From a virus: DNA of 64,000 nucleotides. Both the position numbers and the translations under genes were made by a program. Position 1 is the first letter of the stretch; each line of letters begins with the position of its first letter. Below are positions 40,138 through 51,500 of the stretch, piece after piece. Location: positions 24,994 through 88,993 of the IMG/VR virus record IMGVR_UViG_3300025154_000063; one strand, written 5' to 3'. The notes below the pieces were generated by a model. That model did no database searches. It was not told the origin of the DNA and saw only the letters and a list, made by a program, of their open reading frames with translations.

Positions 40138-40201
40138 GTTATTATTACATAAAAACGATTGTAGAAGAATAGACTAATTATTATTATATGGAGGACAACA
40201 A

Positions 40202-41818
40202 GTGAGTGCAAAGATTGTTACACTACCCAACACAAAACGTGCTGGTGGGAACATAAAAGTCCTTCGTTCTGTTGGTCAGAACCCAAAAGTAAAAGTTGAA
40301 GAGAAGTTTAGCATTGCTGACTTTGCTGAAACAAATAAGCAATTTAATGCCTTCTGGGATTTGATGGATACAGTTGAGAAGCATGGTTATTTACGTGCTT
40401 CTATGAGTGTTATTGGTCGTTCTACTGTGGGCACTTGGTGGACACTCAGAAAGAACGAACAAAACCAGACTGGTCTTGCATCAGATGCGAAGCCAATTCA
40501 AGCAAAAAGGTTACAAGAATTTTACAGCCCAAGTAATAGAAGCTGGGATAATATTTCAGATTTTCATACCATTGCCTATAAGTTAATGATTGGGGCAATG
40601 TATTTACGTTACTTCGGGCAGGCTGCTTATCTTATTTTAAGAAATAAAGATAAGAAAGCTGTAGGGCTTGATTTCTTAAGTGGTCTAATTATACCAAATG
40701 TTGATGCAACAGGCAAGTTCAAAGATGTAGCTTTTTTACAGTACCCATCACCCGACCAGAAAAACGTAATTGAATATAAAGACCCAAGAGATATTGTTTT
40801 TATTACTACTCCTGATTGGTCTGGCTCACCTATTGGCGGTACAGATATTAGGTCACTTAGTGAGTATACACTTCCTATTGATATTTATTTACAACTTGCA
40901 GCACGTGAGTATTTAAAGAATAGAGATACTCCAGAGGTTGTGTATGAGCTACCAACAGATATAAGTGATGAAGCATTTGATGCTTTTGTTACTGAAATGT
41001 CAGCTCGTAGGGGGGCGGGAAATTCAGGAAAGAATCCAATAGCAGTACAAGGTGAGTTTGCAGTACATGAATTAAAGGGTCTTCCATCAAGCTTACCATA
41101 TCAGGAATCTCGTAAAGAGTCTCGTGAGGAGTTGCTTGCTGTTACCGGAGTGAGTGGTGCTAAGCTTGGTCTATCCAGCACAGCCTCCAATATTGTTGCT
41201 TTACGTAGAGAGTTTCACGAAACAACAATGCTCCCATTGTTCAAAATGATTGAGCTTGGTTTTTATGAGCAGATACACCAACGTGAGTTTGGTATTAGTG
41301 GCTGGGAATTTAAGTTCAATTCTCCAGACTTTTTGAGTGCCGTTGAAAGGGCTACTGTTCATCTTCGTTATAAGCAGATGGGCGTTCTTTCACCAAATGA
41401 AATTAGGTTTGACTTGGGTAAATCTGCTAGAGAAGATGCTGGTGGTGATATGTATGAAGAGCCAAAGAATACACAGAACCCACAAGGAAATCCTCCAGAG
41501 GGCAGACCAGCTGAACCTGATGCACCTTCTAATACTGGAGAGCCTAACACAGATGCAGAAGACCCAGAGCGTGGTGATAATCACGATGATGCTCCTAGGG
41601 AACAGTTATTCAGAGAGCTAGCAAACTGGAAAACTTTTGTTAGCAAGCGCTTAAAGAGAACAGGGGTACAACCAAAAAGAAAATTTAAATCAGATGTTAT
41701 TAATCCACGTTTGTACAGCATAGTGGATACTTACTTGGACTCAGCAACAACAGTTGAAGAAGTTGCCGAGGTATTTGAAACAGTTTATGCTTTCATTGAA
41801 GAGGCGAGGAGTTTATAA
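40202..41818 (+). CDS. Portal protein
   Basis: Position and size; LRYFGQA, NSGK, GVLSPNEIR..LG motifs. Confidence 0.88.
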   Translation: MSAKIVTLPNTKRAGGNIKVLRSVGQNPKVKVEEKFSIADFAETNKQFNAFWDLMDTVEKHGYLRASMSVIGRSTVGTWWTLRKNEQNQTGLASDAKPIQAKRLQEFYSPSNRSWDNISDFHTIAYKLMIGAMYLRYFGQAAYLILRNKDKKAVGLDFLSGLIIPNVDATGKFKDVAFLQYPSPDQKNVIEYKDPRDIVFITTPDWSGSPIGGTDIRSLSEYTLPIDIYLQLAAREYLKNRDTPEVVYELPTDISDEAFDAFVTEMSARRGAGNSGKNPIAVQGEFAVHELKGLPSSLPYQESRKESREELLAVTGVSGAKLGLSSTASNIVALRREFHETTMLPLFKMIELGFYEQIHQREFGISGWEFKFNSPDFLSAVERATVHLRYKQMGVLSPNEIRFDLGKSAREDAGGDMYEEPKNTQNPQGNPPEGRPAEPDAPSNTGEPNTDAEDPERGDNHDDAPREQLFRELANWKTFVSKRLKRTGVQPKRKFKSDVINPRLYSIVDTYLDSATTVEEVAEVFETVYAFIEEARSL

Positions 41819-41819
41819 T

Positions 41820-42101
41820 ATGGCTAGAAGTAATGATACTAACTGGGTTTGTATACCATGTGGGTATAGCCTAGGGACTGTGATAGGGGGTGAATTTAAT
41901 CCCTCTGTTGATGGTAAATTTATTAGAACAAGTGGGGCTAATCTTAGTGTGGTGTGTCCAAACTGTGGTGCAACAAAGATTTTTTATACTAGCGACCCTA
42001 TCGTAAGAGCTATTTATCAGCTAGTCAATGCACTTTCGGCAGTTGCCGCTAAGAGTATGGTGGAAGATATTGGTTCTTTCTTACACACAAACAAGAAATA
42101 A
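41820..42101 (+). CDS. Small zinc-binding protein
   Basis: CIPCG...CPNCG. Confidence 0.6.
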   Translation: MARSNDTNWVCIPCGYSLGTVIGGEFNPSVDGKFIRTSGANLSVVCPNCGATKIFYTSDPIVRAIYQLVNALSAVAAKSMVEDIGSFLHTNKK

Positions 42102-42146
42102 CTGACACTATTACTACAAATTTGATTGAAGATAATGGAGAAATAA

Positions 42147-42413
42147 ATGTTAAGAGTAACTAGTACACATATTACACAAGGTGCATCTTTTGCACGTGGC
42201 ACTACGGTTGATGAATACTTAAGTGATGGTGATTGTATGAAGCTTTATGCTAGTTGGCTTCCTGCATGGCCTGATAAATTAACATTTTCCGGTGGTGTTA
42301 CAGCTATTACTGTTGAGCTAATAAATGAAGTTCCAGTTAAAGAGCTTACTAAAGTTTATGGTAAAGCCATGGCTGCTAGACTGCTAAAAGTTTGTGCAGA
42401 TAACCCATCTTAA
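42147..42413 (+). CDS. Hypothetical protein
   Basis: GGAG RBS; head module. Confidence 0.6.
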   Translation: MLRVTSTHITQGASFARGTTVDEYLSDGDCMKLYASWLPAWPDKLTFSGGVTAITVELINEVPVKELTKVYGKAMAARLLKVCADNPS

Positions 42414-42425
42414 AGGACACTATTA

Positions 42426-43490
42426 ATGGCAGACAGAAATTTGCAATTTAAACAGTTTGGAGTTGCCCTAGATAAGGGGATTAAAAAGAGTAAAGATGGT
42501 ACAGTTCTTGTAACTGGTGCTTTTACGTCTGACAATGTTGATGAGAGTGGGGATGTTATTACCCGTGCAGCTACAGAAGCAGCTGTGCCAGCTTATCGTC
42601 AGTGGGGAAACATTCGTAGAATGCACATGCCTGACCCAGTGGGTAAGATTACCCGCATAGGTGAGGAAGATGGTCTTAAGTGGAATGAAGTTGAAATCAA
42701 AGTTATTGACCCTAAGGCAGTATTTGAAGTAGAGAATGGTCTACTACAGGCACTGTCTGTTGGTATTTTAATTGACTTTAAGGATATTACCGAGTTGGCA
42801 GGTGGTGGCTGGGAAATCGGGGCATACAAGCTCGCTGAAATCTCGTTGGTAGACCACCCAGCTAACTACGACGCACGATTAAATCTTGAACAAAGTCTTC
42901 GCTCTATGGTTCGCCAATATGGTTTCGGCGCACTTGCATCCGGCGTTGACTCAATTCTAACTGAGGAGCTGGATATGACTAAGAAAGTTAAAAACGTAGA
43001 AACCGACGAAACACAGGTCGAAGAGATTGTAGTAGAAGCTTCACTTGAAACAACAGAAACTGAGACAGCGGAAGTTGTCGAAAATTCTGCCCCTGTGGAA
43101 GGTGAGGAAGAGTTAGCGGCTGGCGACCCTCCTATGGAAGATGCCCCTGCTGACGAGCCTGCTGAGGATGCACCAGAAGAAGGTGACGAGTCAGCGGAAG
43201 AGCCAACAATGCAATCATTGGCTGATGGAATTGCTGCTTTAACAGAGTTGGTACAAACTTTAATTGATAGCTCCAAGGCCTCCGAAGGGGTTGAAGAACC
43301 TAGTGATGGTGAAGAGCAAATCGAGGAAAGCATTGATGCCGAGGAAGATGTCGAAACTGACACATCTGTTGTAAATAGGGAAGAAAGCTTGCCAGAGACT
43401 GAATTGCCTTCTGGTGAACTTGACAAGACAAAAATGCAAAGAACAACTTTATCTCTGCGTGATGCCTTGACTAAACACTTTAGCTCATAA
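42426..43490 (+). CDS. Prohead protease with acidic scaffold region
   Basis: DESGD, MH, LSVG, EISLVDHPAN; Glu-rich C-terminus. Confidence 0.88.
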   Translation: MADRNLQFKQFGVALDKGIKKSKDGTVLVTGAFTSDNVDESGDVITRAATEAAVPAYRQWGNIRRMHMPDPVGKITRIGEEDGLKWNEVEIKVIDPKAVFEVENGLLQALSVGILIDFKDITELAGGGWEIGAYKLAEISLVDHPANYDARLNLEQSLRSMVRQYGFGALASGVDSILTEELDMTKKVKNVETDETQVEEIVVEASLETTETETAEVVENSAPVEGEEELAAGDPPMEDAPADEPAEDAPEEGDESAEEPTMQSLADGIAALTELVQTLIDSSKASEGVEEPSDGEEQIEESIDAEEDVETDTSVVNREESLPETELPSGELDKTKMQRTTLSLRDALTKHFSS

Positions 43491-43514
43491 CAAATTAATT
43501 GGAGAATAATAATC

Positions 43515-44819
43515 ATGGCTGGTTTAACTGAATTACGTAAGGCTCTTGTAAGTACTGGTGACGGTGCTGCACTGCTTCCTTATGACCTAGACCCTGTTCT
43601 GCACGAAGAGCTGTTAAAACTACAGCCTCTGTTGGAACTCTTGGACGTGGTTCAAGCGGAAGGAAAGACACACGAATACACCGTTCGCTCCTCACATCCT
43701 TTGGGATGGTTTGAAGGCGAAGTTACCCCTGCAAACTCACGGAATGGCGTGTACGTTCGTAAGAGCGTTGCACTGAAAATCCTGCGTAACTGGGGTAGTG
43801 TATCTGGGTTTGCCCAGAAAGTTGATGAGAAATTCATCGACGCTTTAACTGCCGAACTGCAAGCATCTCTTGAAGGTATGGCAAATATCTTTGAGTTCTC
43901 TGCTCTGTTTGGTATTGCTAACGACATTGGCTTTACTGGTGACGCTTATCAGTTCTCTGGTATCCTCCCACGTGTTTATGCCTATGCTGTTGGTAATGTT
44001 GTTGACGCTGGTGGAGACAAGATTTCTCTTGCTGACCTAGATGAAGCCTATGCTTTGGCAAATGGTTTCCGTGGTGTTCGTAATGACCCTGCCTTCTGGA
44101 TGATGGGCATGCGAATGAAGCAGGTTGTTGATGGTCTCCAGACCAAGGTTCAGATGCCTTTGAGCTCTGTGATGTTGGCTGACGGTAAGCTTGAAATGGC
44201 TGCCTACGGAAAAGCTCCTATCTTGGAGTCTGACTTCGTTGTTCCTGCCACAAGCACTACTTCTCCTACTGCGGTTGGTACTAAAGCTGCTGGTGGTTCT
44301 CTTGCTGATGGTGCATATTTGTACAAAATTGCATCTGTTACTGCCTACGGAGAACAAGTTGCCGGCACTGCAGATGGTGATACCACAGAAACAACCAATA
44401 ACAAGATTAATTTGACTTGGACTCACGACGACGCTGCTCTTGCTTACATGATTTTCCGCAATGTTGATGCTGGCGCTTATGGTCTTCTTGACATAATTCC
44501 TGCATTGACCTATGATTCAGCAGGAACTGTTAATGGTGTTGTAGAAGCCTACACTGATGATGGTACTCGTACTCCTGTTGCCGTTAAGCCTTTGGCTACA
44601 GGTGAACAAATCATCACCTACATCAATGCAAACCCACTACGTGGTGCTGCAATGGTTGGTATGATTGACGATATGGGTCGTCAGGTGCAAGGACTGGTTA
44701 GCTTTGTCGAGCTTGCTCGTATCAAGGATAGCTATGACTTCATGCTGAAATCCTACGCTGCTCTTCGTTTGGTTCATCCAAACCTAGTGTCAGTAATCCG
44801 CCACGCAAAATTGGCCTAA
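43515..44819 (+). CDS. Major capsid protein with inserted Ig/FN3-like domain
   Basis: Position after protease; HK97-like pattern; insert YLYKIASVTAYGE...LTW...YMIFR...YTDDG. Confidence 0.85.
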   Translation: MAGLTELRKALVSTGDGAALLPYDLDPVLHEELLKLQPLLELLDVVQAEGKTHEYTVRSSHPLGWFEGEVTPANSRNGVYVRKSVALKILRNWGSVSGFAQKVDEKFIDALTAELQASLEGMANIFEFSALFGIANDIGFTGDAYQFSGILPRVYAYAVGNVVDAGGDKISLADLDEAYALANGFRGVRNDPAFWMMGMRMKQVVDGLQTKVQMPLSSVMLADGKLEMAAYGKAPILESDFVVPATSTTSPTAVGTKAAGGSLADGAYLYKIASVTAYGEQVAGTADGDTTETTNNKINLTWTHDDAALAYMIFRNVDAGAYGLLDIIPALTYDSAGTVNGVVEAYTDDGTRTPVAVKPLATGEQIITYINANPLRGAAMVGMIDDMGRQVQGLVSFVELARIKDSYDFMLKSYAALRLVHPNLVSVIRHAKLA

Positions 44820-44845
44820 TAAGCCTCTTATATAAATAAAACTTG

Positions 44846-44875
44846 GAGTGGGCTTAATGCCCACTCTTTGTTTTT
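44846..44875 (+). terminator. Rho-independent terminator
   Basis: GAGTGGGC-TTAAT-GCCCACTC-TTTGTTTTT. Confidence 0.85.
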
Positions 44876-44936
44876 ATACCAGTAAATGATTGTAGTAGCT
44901 AGGGATTTGGTTCAAGTTTGTACTTAGGAGAATAAT

Positions 44937-45533
44937 ATGGCATGGAAGTTATGTAGTAAAGAAGATGTCATGGCACTATATCCTGTGCTTGAGGGAGAGC
45001 TTAAAGACCAGTGGTCTAATTTTGCTGAGTCTCTTATTCAACAATATATGGGGCAGAAATATTTGGGTATATCTCAGATTATAACTAATGAGTACTATAA
45101 TGGTGATGGTACTTTTGTTCTTCGTCTAAAGAATACACCCATTATATCTGTTCAAAGTATTCTGGTTGGAAACACAACAGAAACAACTGGTGGTTTATTA
45201 GAATTAAGCTCAAGTGATTACGTTATCTTTCCAACCTATATTGCATTGATTGGTCAAGTATTTCCAGCTGGAGAATTAAATATTCAAGTATCTTATACAA
45301 GCGGGCAGCTTGTAGCTGATGTTCCTTACAATGTTAATTTTTGTGCTGCATCTATGATTATAGCTATGTTACAGCACAGGCGCAAACTCGGTTCTGATAG
45401 TAGTATCAAATGGTCAGATGTTGAGCAGAAAGGTGGAGAGAAGTCTCAGGTTACACAGAGAGGTCTAATTTCCCAGTTAAATAAGATTATGATAGAGACT
45501 CTTCGCAGACCAGCTGTGAGGGCTAAAGTGTAA
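44937..45533 (+). CDS. Head-tail connector
   Basis: Position; E.YNGDG, PIISV, VSYTSG...VP. Confidence 0.75.
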   Translation: MAWKLCSKEDVMALYPVLEGELKDQWSNFAESLIQQYMGQKYLGISQIITNEYYNGDGTFVLRLKNTPIISVQSILVGNTTETTGGLLELSSSDYVIFPTYIALIGQVFPAGELNIQVSYTSGQLVADVPYNVNFCAASMIIAMLQHRRKLGSDSSIKWSDVEQKGGEKSQVTQRGLISQLNKIMIETLRRPAVRAKV

Positions 45534-46264
45534 TGGCAGACAATAAGATATTTAGTATAAGCCTTACTGATGGTTATGATGATTGGTATGATAAGATTAA
45601 ATCACCAATTGATTTAAGTAGGTTAACTGAAAAGAAATTACGCCCTGTTGCTGAGTATGCTCTGAAAAGAATGCAGAAATCAATCAGCAAATCTGGTGAA
45701 TATAAAATTGGTGCAAGCAATACATCTTCCGAGAACCTTTTTATTAGGGGGGTTAGGACAGACCAGAGCTCTTTTGCATGGGAAATATATGAAGGTGATA
45801 ATTCACAAGCAGCCAACTGGTATATTAGAGGCGGTATTGGTAAGAGAGCCTATCCAGATATTAAGGACTTGCGTTTATGGGCGGCAAGAAAGGGCCTATC
45901 TTTAGGTAAAACGCAATCAACAGATGATAGAAATAGAGACAAAATGTCTTTTATACAAAGCTCTAGTAAGAGGGGTAAGATATATGGTAGGTCTAAATCA
46001 AGAAAAGATGAGGCTAATGCAGCACTCTATAGAATAAGAAGTGCTTTATATGCTCAAGGAACAAATCGGGCTGGAAGTTGGTGGATGCAGAAAACCGGTA
46101 AGTCATATTTTGATTACATAAGATTTGTTTTAAAAAGTACACATAGCTTTCAAGCACAAATGAGAAATGCTAGTGACAAGCTTGGTGGAGCAGTAGCAAG
46201 TTATTTAGGCAGGAGAGGAACTGGTGCTAGTAGCATGTATATTACTACAGGCGGACAGAAATAG
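45533..46264 (+). CDS. Neck or tail-completion protein (basic)
   Basis: Position; P....LRLWAARKG motif. Confidence 0.55.
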   Translation: MADNKIFSISLTDGYDDWYDKIKSPIDLSRLTEKKLRPVAEYALKRMQKSISKSGEYKIGASNTSSENLFIRGVRTDQSSFAWEIYEGDNSQAANWYIRGGIGKRAYPDIKDLRLWAARKGLSLGKTQSTDDRNRDKMSFIQSSSKRGKIYGRSKSRKDEANAALYRIRSALYAQGTNRAGSWWMQKTGKSYFDYIRFVLKSTHSFQAQMRNASDKLGGAVASYLGRRGTGASSMYITTGGQK

Positions 46265-46272
46265 GAGACATT

Positions 46273-46710
46273 ATGACAGTTGGATATGCTGTTCTTGAAG
46301 AAGCAGTTAGGCAACAAATAATATCAACTCTTCCAGAGTTTCTTACAAATGAAACCTGTGTAATCAGTGACATAGATAAACTACTAGAAGTTATCTTTAC
46401 TACTAATGGTAGGTTTGGCTGTGTTCTGGATTACAATGGTGGAGAGGAAACAGTAAGACAGCCAATGAGTCATGCTGTATGGTCTTGGTCGATACTTGGA
46501 ATGTTTTTAATAAAGCTAAGTGATAGCATAGATAGTGACCTAAGGGATATTATTGGACTATTACATACAACATTTTCTAGTGGAAATCATACTCTTGGTG
46601 GACTAACACCGAAAGCAATGTTTACAGATATTGGTAGACCAGAACGTGGTGCTGTTAATGATACACCTTTTTACTGGTTACCATTTATTGTTGAAGTAAT
46701 AGATAGATAA
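46273..46710 (+). CDS. Tail terminator-like protein
   Basis: Position, size, TLGG motif. Confidence 0.55.
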   Translation: MTVGYAVLEEAVRQQIISTLPEFLTNETCVISDIDKLLEVIFTTNGRFGCVLDYNGGEETVRQPMSHAVWSWSILGMFLIKLSDSIDSDLRDIIGLLHTTFSSGNHTLGGLTPKAMFTDIGRPERGAVNDTPFYWLPFIVEVIDR

Positions 46711-46720
46711 GGAGATTAAA

Positions 46721-47203
46721 ATGCCAAAAAAGAAAATTGATATTGATGAAGAGGGTCAAGAAGAGGAATTGTTAATTCCCTTTTTGCCAGAAGATGCCGA
46801 GGAAATTCCTGAGTTTTCTTTTACTGAGGAAGAAGTTATTCCAAAAAAGACTAAAGCATCTGTAACAGTCGAGACTGTTATTTCACCTGTAGCACCCACT
46901 GTAGAGTTTGTTATGGACAGGAAGATGTTTTCGGTGTGGAACAGAAATGCTAATAGTAGGAGACACTTTTTCTATAAGAGCATTTTGTTTGAGCCTGTTA
47001 ATATGGTTGAAGCACAAATCTCAGATTGCTTAAGTTGGTGCATCGAGGCTGTGAAGCGGGTGTATGAAATCCGAACAGGCAGATTAGTAGAAAGGGATAT
47101 AGGTAAGCTATATGTACCACAGTCACTAGCCAGCCACAGTTTGCTGAGTAAACTTGTTCGCTTAGACGACGAAAACGGGTATGCAGTATTCAGAAAAAGC
47201 TAG
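46721..47203 (+). CDS. Hypothetical protein
   Basis: GGAG RBS; acidic N-terminus. Confidence 0.6.
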   Translation: MPKKKIDIDEEGQEEELLIPFLPEDAEEIPEFSFTEEEVIPKKTKASVTVETVISPVAPTVEFVMDRKMFSVWNRNANSRRHFFYKSILFEPVNMVEAQISDCLSWCIEAVKRVYEIRTGRLVERDIGKLYVPQSLASHSLLSKLVRLDDENGYAVFRKS

Positions 47204-47331
47204 CATATTCTTAACAAAAATGATTGAAGTAATGTGAGAAGACAATCAGATAATCATGTGAAAAATAAAAATCTTTGAGACCATTCTGTGTGTGAGCAGA
47301 GGAGGAAAATAATAAATTAGGAGAATAACAA

Positions 47332-47745
47332 ATGTCAGCAATTGTTGGTATTGATGCAAAAGTAGAAATCTCTACAGATGGTGGTAGTGTTTGGAGCGAA
47401 ATCTCTGAACGTAATGAGTTTTCAATCTCTATTAACGTGGACACAGCGGAGCACAAAATTTTTGTTGCTTCTCTTGCAGATGCGTGGATTGAAAAGAACA
47501 GAACTTGGATGAGTTGGAGTGGTAGCCTTAGTGGTTACTACGACGATGCAAATGACGTTATCTTTGATACCGTTATGGCAGGTGCAACTATTCAAATTAG
47601 GTTCTATGACACTCGTGCAGACCTTACAAAATACTGGACAGGCAGCGCCGTTTTGACTTCTGTTGAACACGGCACAAACACTGATGACTTCTCAACATTG
47701 AATGTTGACTTTGAAGGTCAGGGTGCTCTGTCAAGAGTTTCGTAA
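47332..47745 (+). CDS. Major tail tube protein
   Basis: SWSGSLSG, YWTGSAV, FEGQGAL; followed by a terminator hairpin and chaperones. Confidence 0.85.
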   Translation: MSAIVGIDAKVEISTDGGSVWSEISERNEFSISINVDTAEHKIFVASLADAWIEKNRTWMSWSGSLSGYYDDANDVIFDTVMAGATIQIRFYDTRADLTKYWTGSAVLTSVEHGTNTDDFSTLNVDFEGQGALSRVS

Positions 47746-47827
47746 TCACCTATAACTCTGTAACTCAAACCTCAGATTTCTATTATGGAGTCTGAGGTTT
47801 TATTTTATAAAAAATTGGAGAGATGTA

Positions 47828-48585
47828 ATGGAAGAAAAAAGTTTTGTAGTAGTTGGTGGTGTTGAATATCCAGTAGTTAAGACTGGTAGAGCACAGGCAC
47901 GTCAGGTTGCTGGTCTTATGTCTTGGCTATCTAAGTATGGTTCTAATGCACTTGGCAAGATTGAGACAGATGGAATTGGCAGTGGTCTTGAGTTTATTCT
48001 AGGTTTCATTGGTGGTCTTGATGAAGATGCTTTGGTTGATTTGTTCATCCTTGCTATTGGTTGTACAAAAGAAGTTGCCGAAGTGGACTTTGATGTGGCA
48101 ATCCTAGTAGAGGCTGTGATGGCCATTTATGAACAGCAGCCAGCAATTAAGAAATTGCTTGACCGTTTTTTCTCCTCAAGCTCCTCTACAAAAGGTACGG
48201 GTACAGAGTCCTCCACGAAATCCGAGTAGCATATGGGTTTACGGATGATGACATACTAGACCATGTAGAGCGTATGTCTATCAAATGGGTAGAAGAGTGT
48301 TGGAAGCTACTAACAGAGGACAGAATAAATAAATATCAAATGTATTTATCTATTGTTCCTGCTGCCAGAACAGCAATGGACAAGAAGACAGGTAAATCAT
48401 TAGGAGATTATGTTAAGAAGCTAAATAAGCAATTAGCTAGTGCCCTTCCTTGGATAAAGAGTCAGGCTGGGAGCAATCTTGCAGGATTACGTGGTAAGGT
48501 AAAGTCAGGTGAAGTCGTTGTTATGCTTGATGCAGGTGAAACCAAAAACCACCCACTTTATGAAGATGCCAAAATATCCAAGTAG
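47828..48585 (+). CDS. Tail assembly chaperone pair (G/GT) joined by a -1 frameshift
   Basis: T TTT TTC at 48166-48172; the -1 frame is open through to 48585. Confidence 0.8.
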
Positions 48586-48595
48586 GAATAAATAA

Positions 48596-51500
48596 ATGTC
48601 AAATAAAACAACAGTAACAGTCAAGTTTATGGGTGAGGCTAGTAGTATATTAAAGACTATTAACCAAATTGCCAGACGGGCTGATACACTTGAGAAAAGT
48701 CTTACTACTGCATCAGCTAAAGCAGAAAAAAATTTAATTAAACTTAAAACTACCCTTGATACTGTCAAGGGTGGTTCTATTGGTTTTGCTGTAGCGGCAA
48801 TACAAGCCAGTAAGGCTTTAAAGAATATTGGTGTTGGTAGTCAAACATCTAGTTCACAAGTTAATCAGGTGGCATCCACTGTTGTATCAGCTACTTCTAA
48901 ACTTACTGCTTTCCAATCTGGTCTTTTATCAACAGTTAGAGGACTTGTGTCGTTTACTACTGGTCTTCAAAAGACTGCTGCTGGTTTTGCTAAATTCTCC
49001 TCCGGTGCTTTAACTGTTATAAATAGTTTAAGAGTAATGTTACAAGGTTTTACAAACATCGGTCGTTCTATGATGTTCTTTGTAACAGTTCCTTTAATTG
49101 CTTTCTTTAAGCAACTTGGTTCTGCTGCTGTTAACTTTGAAGCACAGATGACTAATGTTGGTAGAACAACAGGATTAAATGCAGAGGCAATAAGGTCTCT
49201 GGGTGGTGCATTACGGGAATATGCAAACCAAACTAAGACACCTATATCTGAATTGACAGGTGTTATGGAAGTTCTTGGTCAGGCTGGTGTTACTACAGCT
49301 AATGAGTTGTTGATATACACAAAGATATTTGATATGATGGCAGTTGCTACAGATTCAAAAGCGGATAGTGTTGCCAACTCTATGATTAAAATTGCAAATG
49401 CTTTTGGTTGGAATCTAAAAGATGCAGCCGGAGCTGTCTGGAAACTTGGCAACGTAGTCAGCGTGCTTGCTAAAGAGTCATCTGCTAATGCAGATGAGAT
49501 TATGAAGTCTATGACAGACTTTGCAGGTGTTGCTAGTGTTCTTGGTATGCTAGATGGACAAAATGCTAAGACATCAGGAACTATTGCTGCATTGGGTGCT
49601 GCATTAGTCAGCTTGGGTTTCTCTGCTGATGAAGCCGGAACAGCTTTAAAGAACATGTTTGTTAAGCTGGCAAAGAATGCTGGAAAAATTTCAGAAGTTC
49701 TTAGAGAAGTGTACGAAGGCTACGATACTATAGCAGATGTTCAAGATAAGATTAACAATAATCCTATGGATGTATTGTTTGACCTTATGAAGGCTGCTAG
49801 AGAATCAGATAACAACGCAAAAGACTTACTTACCCTCATGGATACATTTGACCTCCGTGGTGGTAGGGCTGTGGCGGCACTGTCAAGCAACGTAGAGCTT
49901 TTAACAAGATATATGCAGATGGCTAATGATGAGTGGGATAATGCCACATCATTAATAACTGACTATAACCGTGCCATGACCACTACACAGGCGCAGCTCG
50001 GCATGCTTAAGAATAATCTGTCTGATGCAGCAATTACTCTTGGTGAAACACTGCTTCCATTAATTAATAACTTCGTGCAGATGCTAGTACCTGCTATTAG
50101 GTCTGCTGTAAAATGGTTTAATACTTTTACACAATCTCAAAAAATGACAGCTGTAGCTGTTGCCCTATTAATTATTGTAATTGGGCCTCTATTAATGTTC
50201 ATTGGTCAGATACTTCACGGTGTTACCCTTATAGCTAGCGGTTTTGTAACACTTGGGAAGGGAATATTTCTTGTTGTTGGTAAGTTTAGTGAGTTTATAC
50301 AAGCACTTATTCTTGGGATTGCTCGTGGTGCAGGCTTTTTTGCTTTCTTACAGGGCTGGCCTGCAGCTATCCTAGCTGTTGGTGCTGCTTTTATAGCTGT
50401 TGCCAAGATATTCCCACAGTTTGGTAATGCTATTGCTAATGTATTTAGGAAGTTGGCAGATTCCGCAGCCAACTGGGGTACTAAGTTAGCTGCTTCCTAT
50501 GCCAACGGTTTCCTTGCTGGAGCAATAAAGTATATTGTAAAGGTTGTTAACTGGGTAGCTAATACTATTGCCAGCTTCTTTGAGGCACACTCTCCTCCTA
50601 CTACAGGCCCACTATCTACTATTGATAAGTGGGGTGTTGCTCTCATGGCATCTTATCTACGTGGGTTCAAGCTGGCTGATTTCTCTGTTCTTAGTGATAT
50701 AGGTAAGATAATTGAGCAAGAGCTTACTCGTGGTATTGATGATGACCTTATGGATAGTGTATTAAAGAAGGTTGCCAAAGCTCGTGAGGTTCTGGCAAAG
50801 CTTATTGACGGTTTTAACAAGACTGGTACAATAAGTGACAGCATGATTGATGAAGCCTTAAATGGTATTGGTTACTTAACACAGGACGTTAAGGACTTAA
50901 TTAAGTTATGGGTCGAGTATAATGCTGTACAGCAAAGGCTTGCCGACCTAGAAGAAAGACGTAAGAACACTCTTAAGAGCTATGAGAGTGCTATTGAGGG
51001 TATTGGTTCATCAAGTGCCAGTGCTCTTGAAAAAGCCGAGGCTATCCGTAATGCTATGGCTGGAAGAGATACATCTCTCAGAGAAATTGAAAAAGAGAAA
51101 ACCGTTCTTGATGAACAAGCTTCTGTATTAGAAGAACAGATGAAGTGGCAAAAGGAAATGATTGCCGCTGTGCAGGAACAAGCAGACCTCTTCTCAAGGA
51201 TTGCTGACATCTTGGATAAGATGAGTGATTTCAAGATGGGTGATGTTGGTTTTGATATTAAAGCAGGTGGTGGAAATCTTAAGCCAGATTTATCTGGTAT
51301 AGAGCTACCTGCGTTTGATGTTGTTCTTCGCTTCTCAAAGGGTCAGGCTTTATGGGATGCCTTTGTTGCAGGAATTACTGGTAAGCCTTTAGAAGTTCCT
51401 GCTGAATTTATGGTAAATGAAAACGGTGAAGCAATTCTTCCAGAAGAGTTTCTTAACGTGTTTGCTGCTGGTGGAAAGTTAGCTCCAGCCTACACTTTCT

